A DNA stretch of 64,000 nucleotides from Candidatus Izemoplasmatales bacterium (GTDB lineage Bacteria; Bacillota_I; Bacilli_A; Izemoplasmatales; Hujiaoplasmataceae): assembly GCA_050949045.1 (NCBI GenBank), contig JBMNEZ010000001.1, positions 1,056,001-1,120,000 on the forward strand, read 5' to 3'. The notes under the pieces are model-generated. The model searched no databases and was not told the origin of the DNA. It saw only the letters and a program-made list of their open reading frames with translations. Numbering within the stretch: the first letter of the stretch is position 1; each line of letters opens with the position of its first letter. This document shows, piece by piece, positions 36,605 through 45,875 of this stretch. The position numbers were made by a program, and so were the translations under genes.

Positions 36605-37465
36605 TTATCCTTCCAGATCCTTGACTTCTTCTGTGTCAACATCGATGTCCTCATCGCTAGCCTTCTCTCGAAAATCAAGTTCCTCTACGTTATAGAAATC
36701 GAACTTTCCGTCAGGAAACTCGACTTTGGCGGTCAAATTGAAAAAATTGACCTGTGTCACTTTGCCGCTACCGTCGGGAGTCGTCACAAGCGAATTGATT
36801 TTGGGCATCTGCTTGCGGAACTCGCGATAGTTCTCATTTTCATAATGGATGCAACAAAGCAACTTGCCACAAAGACCGGAGATGTTGCTGGGGTTCAGTG
36901 ACAAATTCTGGTTTTTCGCCATTTTGATCGATACGGGTTCGAACTCATCCAAAAACTTTGAACAGCAAGTGATCAGACCGCAAGGGCCGATTCCACCCAA
37001 AACCTTGGCCCCGTCCCTTGCGCCGACCTGCCTCAGTTCGATCCGAATACGGAACTCATTGGCGAGCTCTTTGACGAGCTCCCGAAAATCAACCCTACCC
37101 TCAGCGGTAAAGTAAATCAACAGTTTCTGTCGGTCAAGCGTGTATTCGGCTGTGAGAAGTTTCATGTCCAAGCGGTTCTTTTTGATGAGCTCCTGAGTTT
37201 TGGACAAGACTATTGGTTCCATCGCTTCGTTTTCTGTTTGCGTTTTCATGTCCGCCTCGGTCGCGATGCGGATAATCGGCTTCAGCGGCGAAACAACCTC
37301 GGAATCCTTTACAAGCTTCGGGTCTTCGGAGGCTATGCCGATCTCAATACCTCTAATCGTTTCGACCACGACATTATCCCCGGCACGAACGGTTATTCCC
37401 TCCGCAGAAAAATAATATTTTTTCCCAAGCCGGTTAAACTGAACCGGCACTACAAGACAATCCAT
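36605..37465 (-). CDS. ricT: PSP1/YaaT family protein (RicT)
   Basis: RVDFRELVKEL, GGIGPCG..CC, SGLCGKLLCC. Confidence 0.92.
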   Translation of the reverse strand: MDCLVVPVQFNRLGKKYYFSAEGITVRAGDNVVVETIRGIEIGIASEDPKLVKDSEVVSPLKPIIRIATEADMKTQTENEAMEPIVLSKTQELIKKNRLDMKLLTAEYTLDRQKLLIYFTAEGRVDFRELVKELANEFRIRIELRQVGARDGAKVLGGIGPCGLITCCSKFLDEFEPVSIKMAKNQNLSLNPSNISGLCGKLLCCIHYENENYREFRKQMPKINSLVTTPDGSGKVTQVNFFNLTAKVEFPDGKFDFYNVEELDFREKASDEDIDVDTEEVKDLEG

Positions 37466-38468
37466 TGACAATTCCTCTCTCCAAGCAAGCCAGCATCTTG
37501 TCGAATGCCAGATTGCTGTTGATATTGTATTTGAGTTTTGCTTTCAAACCGAGCAACAACTCTAATTGCTCCTCGATAATTTTTTGTGGCGTTTTCTCAC
37601 CGATTTTCTCGATCAGTTGTATTTCCGAATCAAAAACAATCAGTTCTTTATGTCTCAATTTATAGTTCAATGCGTCTTTCATGATCAGGGTCAGCACTCC
37701 GACAAAGAAATCAGCGGTATCAAAAGATTCGAGCACTAGTTCTTTAGCGTCTTTGAAAAGCAACACGGCCGAGCGGTCCCGCTTGAAAAGGCTATGGTAA
37801 ATATCCAGCGCCAGGTCGACAAGCAAGGATGTTTTTCCGTCCTGGCTCATTTTGACGGCCATGTCGGTGTTGAAAGTCGATTCTGAAATCGCGCTTGCGA
37901 GCCTGTCGGGGACACCTATTAATAATAGATCCTGCTTGATCTTTTTGCGGTCTATCGGTTTGAAATGCAGTGCTTGGGCTCTCGATATGATGGTCTTCAT
38001 CAAGGACCCTTGCTGGGAGGTTATAAGCACCTGGTAAATCCCTTGCCCTGGCTCTTCCATCGTTTTCAAAAGAGTATTGGCTGCTTCCTGGTTAAGCTTC
38101 TCCGCCTCGTCAATGATATAGATGCGGGGGCCATCCTCCAGAGAAGTTCGTGAAAATTCGACCAGGAGGTCCTTGATCTGGCGTTTACGGATCTGGTCGC
38201 CGGTCGCGCTGACATAAAAAACGTTTGGATGATTCAAGGCATCAATCCGCGTACAGTTATTGCAGACATTACATGGGTTGAAGCCGGCATCCCGCTTTTT
38301 ACAGATCAACGTCTTGGCGAACAGAATCGCGGTATCGATGCGTTTGGTGCCCTTCGCTCCTTCAAAAATATAGGAATGGGATGTCATCCCTTGCTTGAGA
38401 CCGTTCAAAAGCATCCGCGAAACTACCGGCTGATACTCTTCGAGTCTGTCCCAGGTAAAGAATGTCAT
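37434..38468 (-). CDS. holB: DNA polymerase III delta' subunit
   Basis: Zn cysteines, HPNV, AANTLLKTMEEP, TIISRAQ. Confidence 0.93.
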   Translation of the reverse strand: MTFFTWDRLEEYQPVVSRMLLNGLKQGMTSHSYIFEGAKGTKRIDTAILFAKTLICKKRDAGFNPCNVCNNCTRIDALNHPNVFYVSATGDQIRKRQIKDLLVEFSRTSLEDGPRIYIIDEAEKLNQEAANTLLKTMEEPGQGIYQVLITSQQGSLMKTIISRAQALHFKPIDRKKIKQDLLLIGVPDRLASAISESTFNTDMAVKMSQDGKTSLLVDLALDIYHSLFKRDRSAVLLFKDAKELVLESFDTADFFVGVLTLIMKDALNYKLRHKELIVFDSEIQLIEKIGEKTPQKIIEEQLELLLGLKAKLKYNINSNLAFDKMLACLERGIVNGLSCSAGSV

Positions 38469-39103
38469 CGTTGTTCTCCTGAAATCAATTTGGTTATTTC
38501 CTTGATACAGGCGGCTGCGACTACATCAATCTCGTTTTCTCCGGGAATGCGTCTAATCCTTTCCGGAAACAGATCACATAGTTTCAAATAACCATTATAG
38601 ATCATTGTGTGAAACTCCTGCTCTTCAAGATCAAGACGATTGATTTCCCGGCCTGGAGTCTGAAATACCCGTTTCAGACCGACATCGGGACGGACATCGA
38701 TGAAGAGCGTCAAATCAGGAAAATGGTTCTCAATCGCAAATTGGTTTATTCCCAAAACTTCTTCGTACCCAAGCCCTCTGGCAATCCCTTGATAAACCAA
38801 GCTGCTGTCGACAAACCGATCACAGAGCACGATCGAACCATGCTCAAGTGCGGGAAGAATTTTTTCGATCAGATGTTGCCTTCGCGATGCCGCAAAGAGG
38901 AGCGCTTCGGTCCTGGGATCCATTTCCGTGTGTTCGCGATTAAGAAGTATCTCCCGGATCTTTTCGCTGATTCTGATGCCTCCGGGTTCGCGGGTAATCA
39001 TGATTTCATGGCCGCGACCGGCAAAGTAATCATGGACATTTTTGATTATTGATGTTTTCCCCGAACCTTCCGTGCCCTCAAAAGAAATGAAACATCCTTT
39101 CAT
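38465..39103 (-). CDS. tmk: Thymidylate kinase
   Basis: FEGTEGSGKTS, TREPGG, CDRFVDSSLVYQG. Confidence 0.97.
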   Translation of the reverse strand: MKGCFISFEGTEGSGKTSIIKNVHDYFAGRGHEIMITREPGGIRISEKIREILLNREHTEMDPRTEALLFAASRRQHLIEKILPALEHGSIVLCDRFVDSSLVYQGIARGLGYEEVLGINQFAIENHFPDLTLFIDVRPDVGLKRVFQTPGREINRLDLEEQEFHTMIYNGYLKLCDLFPERIRRIPGENEIDVVAAACIKEITKLISGEQR

Positions 39104-39215
39104 CTTTTCCACCTGCTTTACCTTTATATTATCTCACAGACAGGCTGCTTTTTGAACAAAATCTTTTATTAATGCCCGTCATTGTGATACAATGAATTTA
39201 AAGTCAGGTGATCCT

Positions 39216-39881
39216 ATGCATATCGATATTCATAATCTCTCGTTCGCCTACGGACATAAAACAGTGATCCAGAATCTATCCTTGTCGCTGGCATCCGGCG
39301 ACTATCTTGTCGTTAATGGCAAGAATGGCTCCGGCAAGACGACATTGATCAAATGTTTGCTTGGGATCAATCCCGTCAGTTCGGGGATGATTTTCTTTGA
39401 TCATCAAGACATCAACAATTTTAACGATTGGACGAAGTTCGGCTATGTCAGTCAGAGATTTGAGAGTTTAAACTACGGATATCCGATCACCGTCGATGAG
39501 TTTCTCTATATATACAGTCTCAAGAGAAAAAACCAGAACAAACGGCTGAAATTACTGGACAAACTCGGCATTCTTGAAATCGTCAATGAAAACATTAACA
39601 ATCTCTCCGGAGGCCAATTGCAGCGTGTCTTCATCGCCAAAGCGATGCTCAACGACCCCTCGGTCCTGATTTTTGACGAGCCGACAGCCTCAATTGACAA
39701 AATGAATACCCAGTATTTCTATAAGACTATCAACGAACTTCATGAAATGGGAATCACCATCATTCTGATCTCCCATAACGATTCGCTCGAAGATATGAAC
39801 TATACCCATCTCCTTTCAATGCACCTCGACCAGTCTTTTACCTTCCTTCCCTTCGAAAAAGTCGAAAAGGAGGCGCAATGA
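39216..39881 (+). CDS. Zn/Mn ABC transporter ATPase (ZnuC-like)
   Basis: GKNGSGKTT, GYVSQ, LSGGQLQRV, DEPT; AGGTG RBS. Confidence 0.88.
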   Translation: MHIDIHNLSFAYGHKTVIQNLSLSLASGDYLVVNGKNGSGKTTLIKCLLGINPVSSGMIFFDHQDINNFNDWTKFGYVSQRFESLNYGYPITVDEFLYIYSLKRKNQNKRLKLLDKLGILEIVNENINNLSGGQLQRVFIAKAMLNDPSVLIFDEPTASIDKMNTQYFYKTINELHEMGITIILISHNDSLEDMNYTHLLSMHLDQSFTFLPFEKVEKEAQ

Positions 39882-40747
39882 TGGTCTTTTTATCTTTTTT
39901 CACCGACCTGTTCACCTATGAGTTCATGTTAAGGGCACTGGTTGCGGGTATCATCATCGGCGCTTTGGCGCCATTGATCGGTTCGGTTGTCGTCGTCCGC
40001 AGGCTGTCCTTCATCGCCGACACTTTGGGCCACTTTGCGCTTGTCGGCATTTCGGCGAGTCTGCTTCTGACTTCACTCGGAGTGACAATATTCGCTGACG
40101 AACCGCTTTTTCTCGGTATCTTTTTTTCAGTTATCGGCGGTTTGTTAATCGAATTATTCCGCAGGGCATATAAAAACTACAAGGAAATCTCGATGGTCAT
40201 CGTCATCAGCCTCGGCACCGCACTCAGTGCGATCTTCTTCTCAAAAGCCAGGGCAACCGGTTCGATCTATACCTATTTGTTCGGCTCGATTCTGACAGTA
40301 AATAATTACTACCTTTACGCAATCATTATCACCGCTGTCTTAGTCGCCGTCTTGTTCATCCTATTCGGCAGGCAAATCATCGCCGTTAGTTTTGATGAGA
40401 CCAGTGCCAAATTTTTGGGTATCAATATCAACTATTTTCAGATCGTCTTCATGATCATGCTTTCGGTTGTCGTCTCCGTCATGCTCGAGAGCGCTGGCGT
40501 CCTCCTCATCTCCTCAATGATGATCATCCCGGTCGCCGCGGGAATGAAACTTGGGTGGAGTTTCAAATCGACACTCATCATCGCTGTGGTCTTTTCCGAA
40601 CTATCGGTGTTCTTTGGCCTTTGGCTTGCTTATTCACTGAAAATACCCAGCGGCGCCGCTATCGTTTCTATAAACATTTTCATTCTCCTCGTCGTTTCCA
40701 TAGTAAAAAAACTTGTCGTCAGAAGACAAGCAATGAAAGCAAAATAA
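39878..40747 (+). CDS. Zn/Mn ABC transporter permease (ZnuB-like)
   Basis: RRLSFIADTLGH, YLFGSIL, PSGAAIV. Confidence 0.92.
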   Translation: MMVFLSFFTDLFTYEFMLRALVAGIIIGALAPLIGSVVVVRRLSFIADTLGHFALVGISASLLLTSLGVTIFADEPLFLGIFFSVIGGLLIELFRRAYKNYKEISMVIVISLGTALSAIFFSKARATGSIYTYLFGSILTVNNYYLYAIIITAVLVAVLFILFGRQIIAVSFDETSAKFLGININYFQIVFMIMLSVVVSVMLESAGVLLISSMMIIPVAAGMKLGWSFKSTLIIAVVFSELSVFFGLWLAYSLKIPSGAAIVSINIFILLVVSIVKKLVVRRQAMKAK

Positions 40748-40789
40748 ACTGTGTATAAAAAGAAAAAACCAAGTCTAGAATGCTTAATT

Positions 40790-40961
40790 AGGAATACGCT
40801 ATCTAACTAGACATCAAAACCGAAAAGAAAACTGTAAACCGTCCAGAAACATTCTAATCACTTTTTGTTTAAACTCTTTAGTGTGACTTTTAAACTTTTG
40901 ACCTTTCTTTGTCATAAAAAAACACTTCTCATACTTTAAGTATATATGAAGTGTTTTTAAA
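40790..40961 (-). mobile_element. IS3-family remnant (truncated OrfA, 40915-40814)
   Basis: MTKKGQKFKSHTKEFKQKVIRMFLDG resembles the IS3 OrfA N-terminus; AAAAACACTTC...GAAGTGTTTTT hairpin masks the start; TGTCTAGTT end-like motif after the stop. Confidence 0.6.
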
Positions 40962-41067
40962 AACGATTTAAAATTTTCGCTTACGGTAGTATAAAGTGAT
41001 ATATTACCCCTTTTTTATTAAAGCCTACTAAATGAGGTCCCCTCTACGCTTCTTGGTTTTTTAAATG

Positions 41068-42045
41068 TCAATAAGATACTTCCATCAGATACAGCCCGGC
41101 TGCGGGGGCTATTTTAGTGGTGGACTTGCGTGAATGTTCTTGAATGATCTCACTGATGTCTTTAGCCGATTGTCCGGTGGCGATCTTGACGAGTTCTGCC
41201 ACGATCAGCCTGACCATGTGATGAAGAAAGCCATCTCCGGTGAAGAAAAGCTCAAGATGATCGCCCCGGACTTCATAACGAGCTTCAAAAATGGTCCTGA
41301 CCTTGTCTTCTTTCTTTCCGGAACAGAAACTCGTGAAATCGTGGGTGCCTATTAGTTGTCGCAAGTTTGCCGCAAGCACTTCTAGATTAATATTATAGTA
41401 GTTGGCCTCATATTTTCGCCCCAGCGGATTGATCTCGCCGGTATTGATAACATAACGGTAAGTCTTTTTTTTGGCATCATAGCGGGAATGGAAAAGCGGC
41501 GGCACAAAAGCGGCTTTGAGACAATGAACGTCCGCCGGCAAATGCCGGTTCAAGACGGCAATCCATCTTTGAGGTTCAAAGGTTCTAGCGGTATCAAAAT
41601 GAATGACTTGTCCCAAGGCATGAACACCGGCATCGGTCCGGGACGCCCCTTGGACAGAAGTGTTCTCGCCGTTGATCCGTGAAACAACTTTCTCAATTTC
41701 TGCTTGCACAGAACGATTGCTCTTTTGAATTTGAAAACCGGAAAAATCTGAACCGTCATATGATATTACGAGCGCCAGCCGGCGCTTTTTTGTCTTTTTT
41801 GAAGAAATTACGATCCGGTTAATCAGCGATCCGGAAAAATCGACTTTCAGGTTCTCTTGATATTTGTTATGCCCAAACATCACCGTCGATCCCTGCCAAG
41901 GTTCAAGCAGGACGTCTTGAAAAACATCTGGATTTTTCAAGATGTAGTCCACAATATTCTCTCTTCCTAGAACAAGAAGGTCATCATGTTTCAAGCCAGA
42001 ATCCGGATGGATGGCTCCGCTGAAATCGGAAATATTATATAACAT
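41068..42045 (-). CDS. truA: tRNA pseudouridine 38-40 synthase with ~85 aa N-terminal extension
   Basis: ISYDGSDFSGFQ, ASRTDAGVHA, GDGFLHHMVR, APAAGLYL. Confidence 0.95.
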   Translation of the reverse strand: MLYNISDFSGAIHPDSGLKHDDLLVLGRENIVDYILKNPDVFQDVLLEPWQGSTVMFGHNKYQENLKVDFSGSLINRIVISSKKTKKRRLALVISYDGSDFSGFQIQKSNRSVQAEIEKVVSRINGENTSVQGASRTDAGVHALGQVIHFDTARTFEPQRWIAVLNRHLPADVHCLKAAFVPPLFHSRYDAKKKTYRYVINTGEINPLGRKYEANYYNINLEVLAANLRQLIGTHDFTSFCSGKKEDKVRTIFEARYEVRGDHLELFFTGDGFLHHMVRLIVAELVKIATGQSAKDISEIIQEHSRKSTTKIAPAAGLYLMEVSY

Positions 42046-42046
42046 A

Positions 42047-43009
42047 TCAGATTACCCTGAGCACGATCGACGCCGTCAACGACAAGATGATGAAGAGGCT
42101 GGCAAAGACATCGGTCAACCCAAAAGCGAGTTCATGGATCCGCGTCCGCTTCATGCCCGGCACAAAGCCCCTGGTTTCCATCGCATCGGCCAGATCCTCG
42201 CTCCTTTTGAAGGCTATGATAAACATCGGTACAAGCAGGGAAATGACCTGGCGGATTTTATCTTTCAGTTTTCCTTGTTGGAAATCAGCGCCTCGGCTCG
42301 CTTGTGCTGCCATAATCTTGTTGGCCTCGTCAAGAATCGTCGGGATGTAGCGCAGGCTGATCGAAATGATCAGGGCAAAATCCTCGGATCTGATGCCGAT
42401 GGCTTTGAGCGGCCGCATCAGGCTTTCCAACCCCTGAGTTAAATCAGTGGGTTTTGTCGTCAGGGTCAAAATCGTCGACAAGGTGATGATCACCAATAGC
42501 CGGATGACGACAAAGATGCTCATTTCAACACCGCGCTGATAGACTGAGAAAGTGAAAGTGGTGAAAACATAACCATATGTAAGCAATGAAAAAGCATAGT
42601 AGACACCGACAAGATACGCGATTAGAAGCAGGGCCCTAAAACGTTTAAAACTCGCCAACAACCGCCAGATCACCGTCAAAAGGATGATGCCCCCGATCGA
42701 TGACAAAGACACCGTCATTGTCTCTTCAAGATAGAGAGTTCCTTCACGGTTGAAGAAAATCTGAAAAAAGAATGTGAACATCAGAAGCACGAACAAAGGC
42801 CGCATGCCCCTGGCGATCCGTTTGACCGACAATCGCCCGACAAGCATCAAAACAATGCCGATCGCAAAAGCGATCGCCAGCTGGAGGATTGTCTCCAGCA
42901 AAAAGATGGCGATCATCAAAACGATAACGCCGATGATTTTTGTCCTGGGATCGAGTTTGTAGAAAAAACCTGATCCCGGCAAATACTGGCCGATGACGAT
43001 GTTTTTCAT
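42047..43009 (-). CDS. ecfT: ECF transporter T component
   Basis: LDPRTK, AQASRG, AMETRG. Confidence 0.95.
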   Translation of the reverse strand: MKNIVIGQYLPGSGFFYKLDPRTKIIGVIVLMIAIFLLETILQLAIAFAIGIVLMLVGRLSVKRIARGMRPLFVLLMFTFFFQIFFNREGTLYLEETMTVSLSSIGGIILLTVIWRLLASFKRFRALLLIAYLVGVYYAFSLLTYGYVFTTFTFSVYQRGVEMSIFVVIRLLVIITLSTILTLTTKPTDLTQGLESLMRPLKAIGIRSEDFALIISISLRYIPTILDEANKIMAAQASRGADFQQGKLKDKIRQVISLLVPMFIIAFKRSEDLADAMETRGFVPGMKRTRIHELAFGLTDVFASLFIILSLTASIVLRVI

Positions 43010-43866
43010 CCCGTCACCGCCTTATTGACAGCTTGGACTGCTAAATCCAAATTTTTCTGATAGACATCGATGTCAAGGACGAAGCGCTTCTTGAGGCTTG
43101 TCAGTACTCTGATCGTGCTCGGGTACTTGAGATGATACTTTTCCAAGCCTTCGCGTCTAAAAAGCATATCAGGCGCTTCGTCATAGATCAATTCACCGTC
43201 ATAAAGAACGAGGACTCTGGAAGCGTGCTCGTAGACAAGATCCATGTCATGGGTAATGATGACAATCGATTTGCCGGTTTTTTTCTGAATATCCTTGAAG
43301 AGATCCATCATCTGGGTTTTTCCTTGCGGATCGAGTCCGGATATGGGTTCGTCAAGAACGAGAATATCGGGATCAAATGCCAAGATTCCGGCAATGGCGA
43401 CCCGTTTCTTTTCGCCTCCGGAGAGATTGAAAGGATTGCGGTTTAGATAACTTTCATCAAGGCCTACCAACGCTAGGGTTTCCTTGGCAAGTTGCTTGGC
43501 TTTTTCCAAAGGCGTATGGAAATTAAGCGGTCCGAACATGATATCCTTCTCGACGGTTTCCTCGAACAACTGGTACTCGGGAAACTGGAAAACAAGACCA
43601 ACATGCTTTCTCAAAAGATTGTAGTTGATTTTCTTATCGCGCTTCGCGGTCACTTTCGAGCCGAAAATCTCAACTTCCCCCGCTGTCGGCAACAAGAGCG
43701 CGTTCATGTGCTGCGCGAGTGTCGATTTACCCGATCCTGTCCGCCCGACCACGCAGATGAACTCGTTTTTGGCTTCGATTGATAAAGTGATGTCGGCGAT
43801 CGCTTGATAGAAAGTGAACTGATTCTGAGGATAGCTGAAGCTTACCTTTCGAAAGTGGATTCCCAT
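43006..43866 (-). CDS. ecfA2: ECF transporter ATPase A2
   Basis: VFQFPEYQLFEETV, LSGGEKKRVAIAG. Confidence 0.95.
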   Translation of the reverse strand: MGIHFRKVSFSYPQNQFTFYQAIADITLSIEAKNEFICVVGRTGSGKSTLAQHMNALLLPTAGEVEIFGSKVTAKRDKKINYNLLRKHVGLVFQFPEYQLFEETVEKDIMFGPLNFHTPLEKAKQLAKETLALVGLDESYLNRNPFNLSGGEKKRVAIAGILAFDPDILVLDEPISGLDPQGKTQMMDLFKDIQKKTGKSIVIITHDMDLVYEHASRVLVLYDGELIYDEAPDMLFRREGLEKYHLKYPSTIRVLTSLKKRFVLDIDVYQKNLDLAVQAVNKAVTG

Positions 43867-44642
43867 AGGAACGACTTCACCTCCTCAAATCCGTCATTTT
43901 TGAGTCTGTTGGCCAGTCGCAATGAAAAAGGCAGTTCAAGCATTGAGTTTTCAAAGATGGCAGGTTTTCGCAACAATTCCTCTTTGGGTCCGTCGGAAAA
44001 AATCTCTCCGTTCTTTAAAATCACCAACCGGTCGGCGAGGAGCGCCTCTTCGATTTCATGGGTGATCATGATGACCGTGAGCCCTTCATCATGGAGAGAT
44101 TTGATGTGCCGCATCAAGTCGCCTCGGGCATAGGGGTCGAGCATCGATGTCGCCTCGTCAAAAATCATGATCTCCGTATGCATTGCCAGGATGCCTGCGA
44201 TCGCCACCCGTTGTTTCTGGCCTCCGGAAAGCGAGGCCGGTTCTTTGTCGAGATATTTCTCCATTCCAACCTTCTCAGCGAAATAGCGAATTCTTTCAAG
44301 CATCTCGTCTTTGGGGACGCCGAGGTTTTCCATACCGAAAGCGATGTCATCCCTGACGGTGACACCGACAAACTGGTTATCCGGGTTTTGAAAGACAATA
44401 CCGATTTTTTTACGGATCTCCCCGAGAGTTTCCTGACTAAGGGGAACGCCATCGACCATGATCGAGCCAACACTCGGCTCGAGCAGGCCGACAATCGTTT
44501 TCGCAAGCGTCGACTTTCCTGATCCGTTATGACCCAAAATAGCGATCCATTCGCCTTTTTCAATTTTCAAATTAATGTTCTTCAAGATCTGTCTTTTTCC
44601 CGTGTAAGAGAAAGACAGGTCCTTGATCTCAATATGGCTCAT
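43842..44642 (-). CDS. ecfA1: ECF transporter ATPase A1
   Basis: VFQNPDNQFVG, FDEATSMLDP. Confidence 0.95.
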   Translation of the reverse strand: MSHIEIKDLSFSYTGKRQILKNINLKIEKGEWIAILGHNGSGKSTLAKTIVGLLEPSVGSIMVDGVPLSQETLGEIRKKIGIVFQNPDNQFVGVTVRDDIAFGMENLGVPKDEMLERIRYFAEKVGMEKYLDKEPASLSGGQKQRVAIAGILAMHTEIMIFDEATSMLDPYARGDLMRHIKSLHDEGLTVIMITHEIEEALLADRLVILKNGEIFSDGPKEELLRKPAIFENSMLELPFSLRLANRLKNDGFEEVKSFLWESTFER

Positions 44643-44664
44643 ATGATCACTCCGTCAATCTCGG

Positions 44665-45384
44665 TCATATCGTGATGAATTGTTCCAAGTCCCTCAGGGT
44701 GATGATACCCAGGATTTTTTCTTGTTTTGCCCCGGTCTCGGTCACGAACAGCATCTCTAGCTTGTTCTTTTCCTTAAAATCGCGGCGAAATCTCCCAAGG
44801 GCAAGAAAGACATCCGCGTCGCGGGAGATGAAATCAAAATAAGGAGCCGGATCGCCGTCAAGGTCGATCGCACTCAAAAATTCTCCAACCTTCATCTCTC
44901 TTGAAACGGTTTTCTCCGGTTCGATGGCAAGATAGTAGTAGAATGTCTTTTCGGTGAAGACGCCGATCAGTTTGTTGTTGTCAATGACGGGAATTTTTGA
45001 AAATCCTGATTTTTCCATCAAATCCATCACTTGACCAACGGTATTTTCAATATTACATTTCTTGATCTTGAACATGGGAATCATCACCTTTTCGACCCGT
45101 TCCGGTCTGGTGATCATTTTGACAATGCTTGTGAACTTGGCGAGATAATCATCGGTTGGTTCGGCAATGTCGTCGTTATGGACGATGATGTTCCTAAGTT
45201 GTGCTCCTTGTTGCAGGACATCGAAATAAGCGGGATTGGCGATGATCGGATTTTCTTTTTTGCCCCGGATGCGAAACAGGGTGGCCATGAAAGTGGATTC
45301 CTTATAATCGCCGCGCTCATATTTGACCCGCAAATATTTTTCCAGATCCCTAAACTGTTTCAAGAAAGCTTGTTTGTTGTTCAT
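44665..45384 (-). CDS. HEPN-like (RxxxxH) domain fused to a CBS domain pair
   Basis: FRDLEKYL...LRNIIVH; CBS motifs GFSKIPVID..LIGVFT and ILGIITLRDL. Confidence 0.8.
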   Translation of the reverse strand: MNNKQAFLKQFRDLEKYLRVKYERGDYKESTFMATLFRIRGKKENPIIANPAYFDVLQQGAQLRNIIVHNDDIAEPTDDYLAKFTSIVKMITRPERVEKVMIPMFKIKKCNIENTVGQVMDLMEKSGFSKIPVIDNNKLIGVFTEKTFYYYLAIEPEKTVSREMKVGEFLSAIDLDGDPAPYFDFISRDADVFLALGRFRRDFKEKNKLEMLFVTETGAKQEKILGIITLRDLEQFITI

Positions 45385-45412
45385 CGGCACCATTTCCTTT
45401 GCGTTTACTCCA

Positions 45413-45441
45413 AATATACCATCTCTCGGTTTTGTTGGCAA
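45413..45441 (-). promoter_or_regulatory. Promoter of HEPN-CBS/ecf/truA unit
   Basis: TTGCCA-17 nt-TATATT with extended -10 TG. Confidence 0.6.
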
Positions 45442-45455
45442 CATCTTCGTCGATG

Positions 45456-45483
45456 AAAAAAGTGCTGAGGACAATCAGCACTT
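45456..45483 (-). terminator. rplQ (alpha operon) terminator
   Basis: AAGTGCTGA-TTGTCC-TCAGCACTTTTTT. Confidence 0.85.
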
Positions 45484-45494
45484 AGTTTCATCGA

Positions 45495-45854
45495 TCAAAC
45501 AAATTCAATGATCGCCATCGGGCAAGAATCGCCCAGACGATGACCGATACGGTAGATCCTCGTATAGCCACCGTTACGGTCTTTGTATTTGGGTCCGATT
45601 TCCTTGAACAGTTTAGATAGCGCGGTCTGGTCTTCGCTTGAAAGATCGCGCAGAATCGCCTCGGCTAATCTCAAAGAATGCAAATCGCCTTTTTTTGCAT
45701 AAGTAACCAGTCTCTCAACCGGCTTGCGGAGTTGTTTCGCCTTGATCAACGTCGTTTCAATCTTGCCGTGCAAGATCAATTGTGTCGCCAAATCACGGAT
45801 CAACGCTTTGCGATTGTCACTTCTGCGGTTGAGTTTGCTATATCCTCTTGCCAT
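45495..45854 (-). CDS. rplQ: 50S ribosomal protein L17
   Basis: RNGGYTRI. Confidence 0.98.
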   Translation of the reverse strand: MARGYSKLNRRSDNRKALIRDLATQLILHGKIETTLIKAKQLRKPVERLVTYAKKGDLHSLRLAEAILRDLSSEDQTALSKLFKEIGPKYKDRNGGYTRIYRIGHRLGDSCPMAIIEFV

Positions 45855-45875
45855 GATTTACCTCCTCATCAATCA

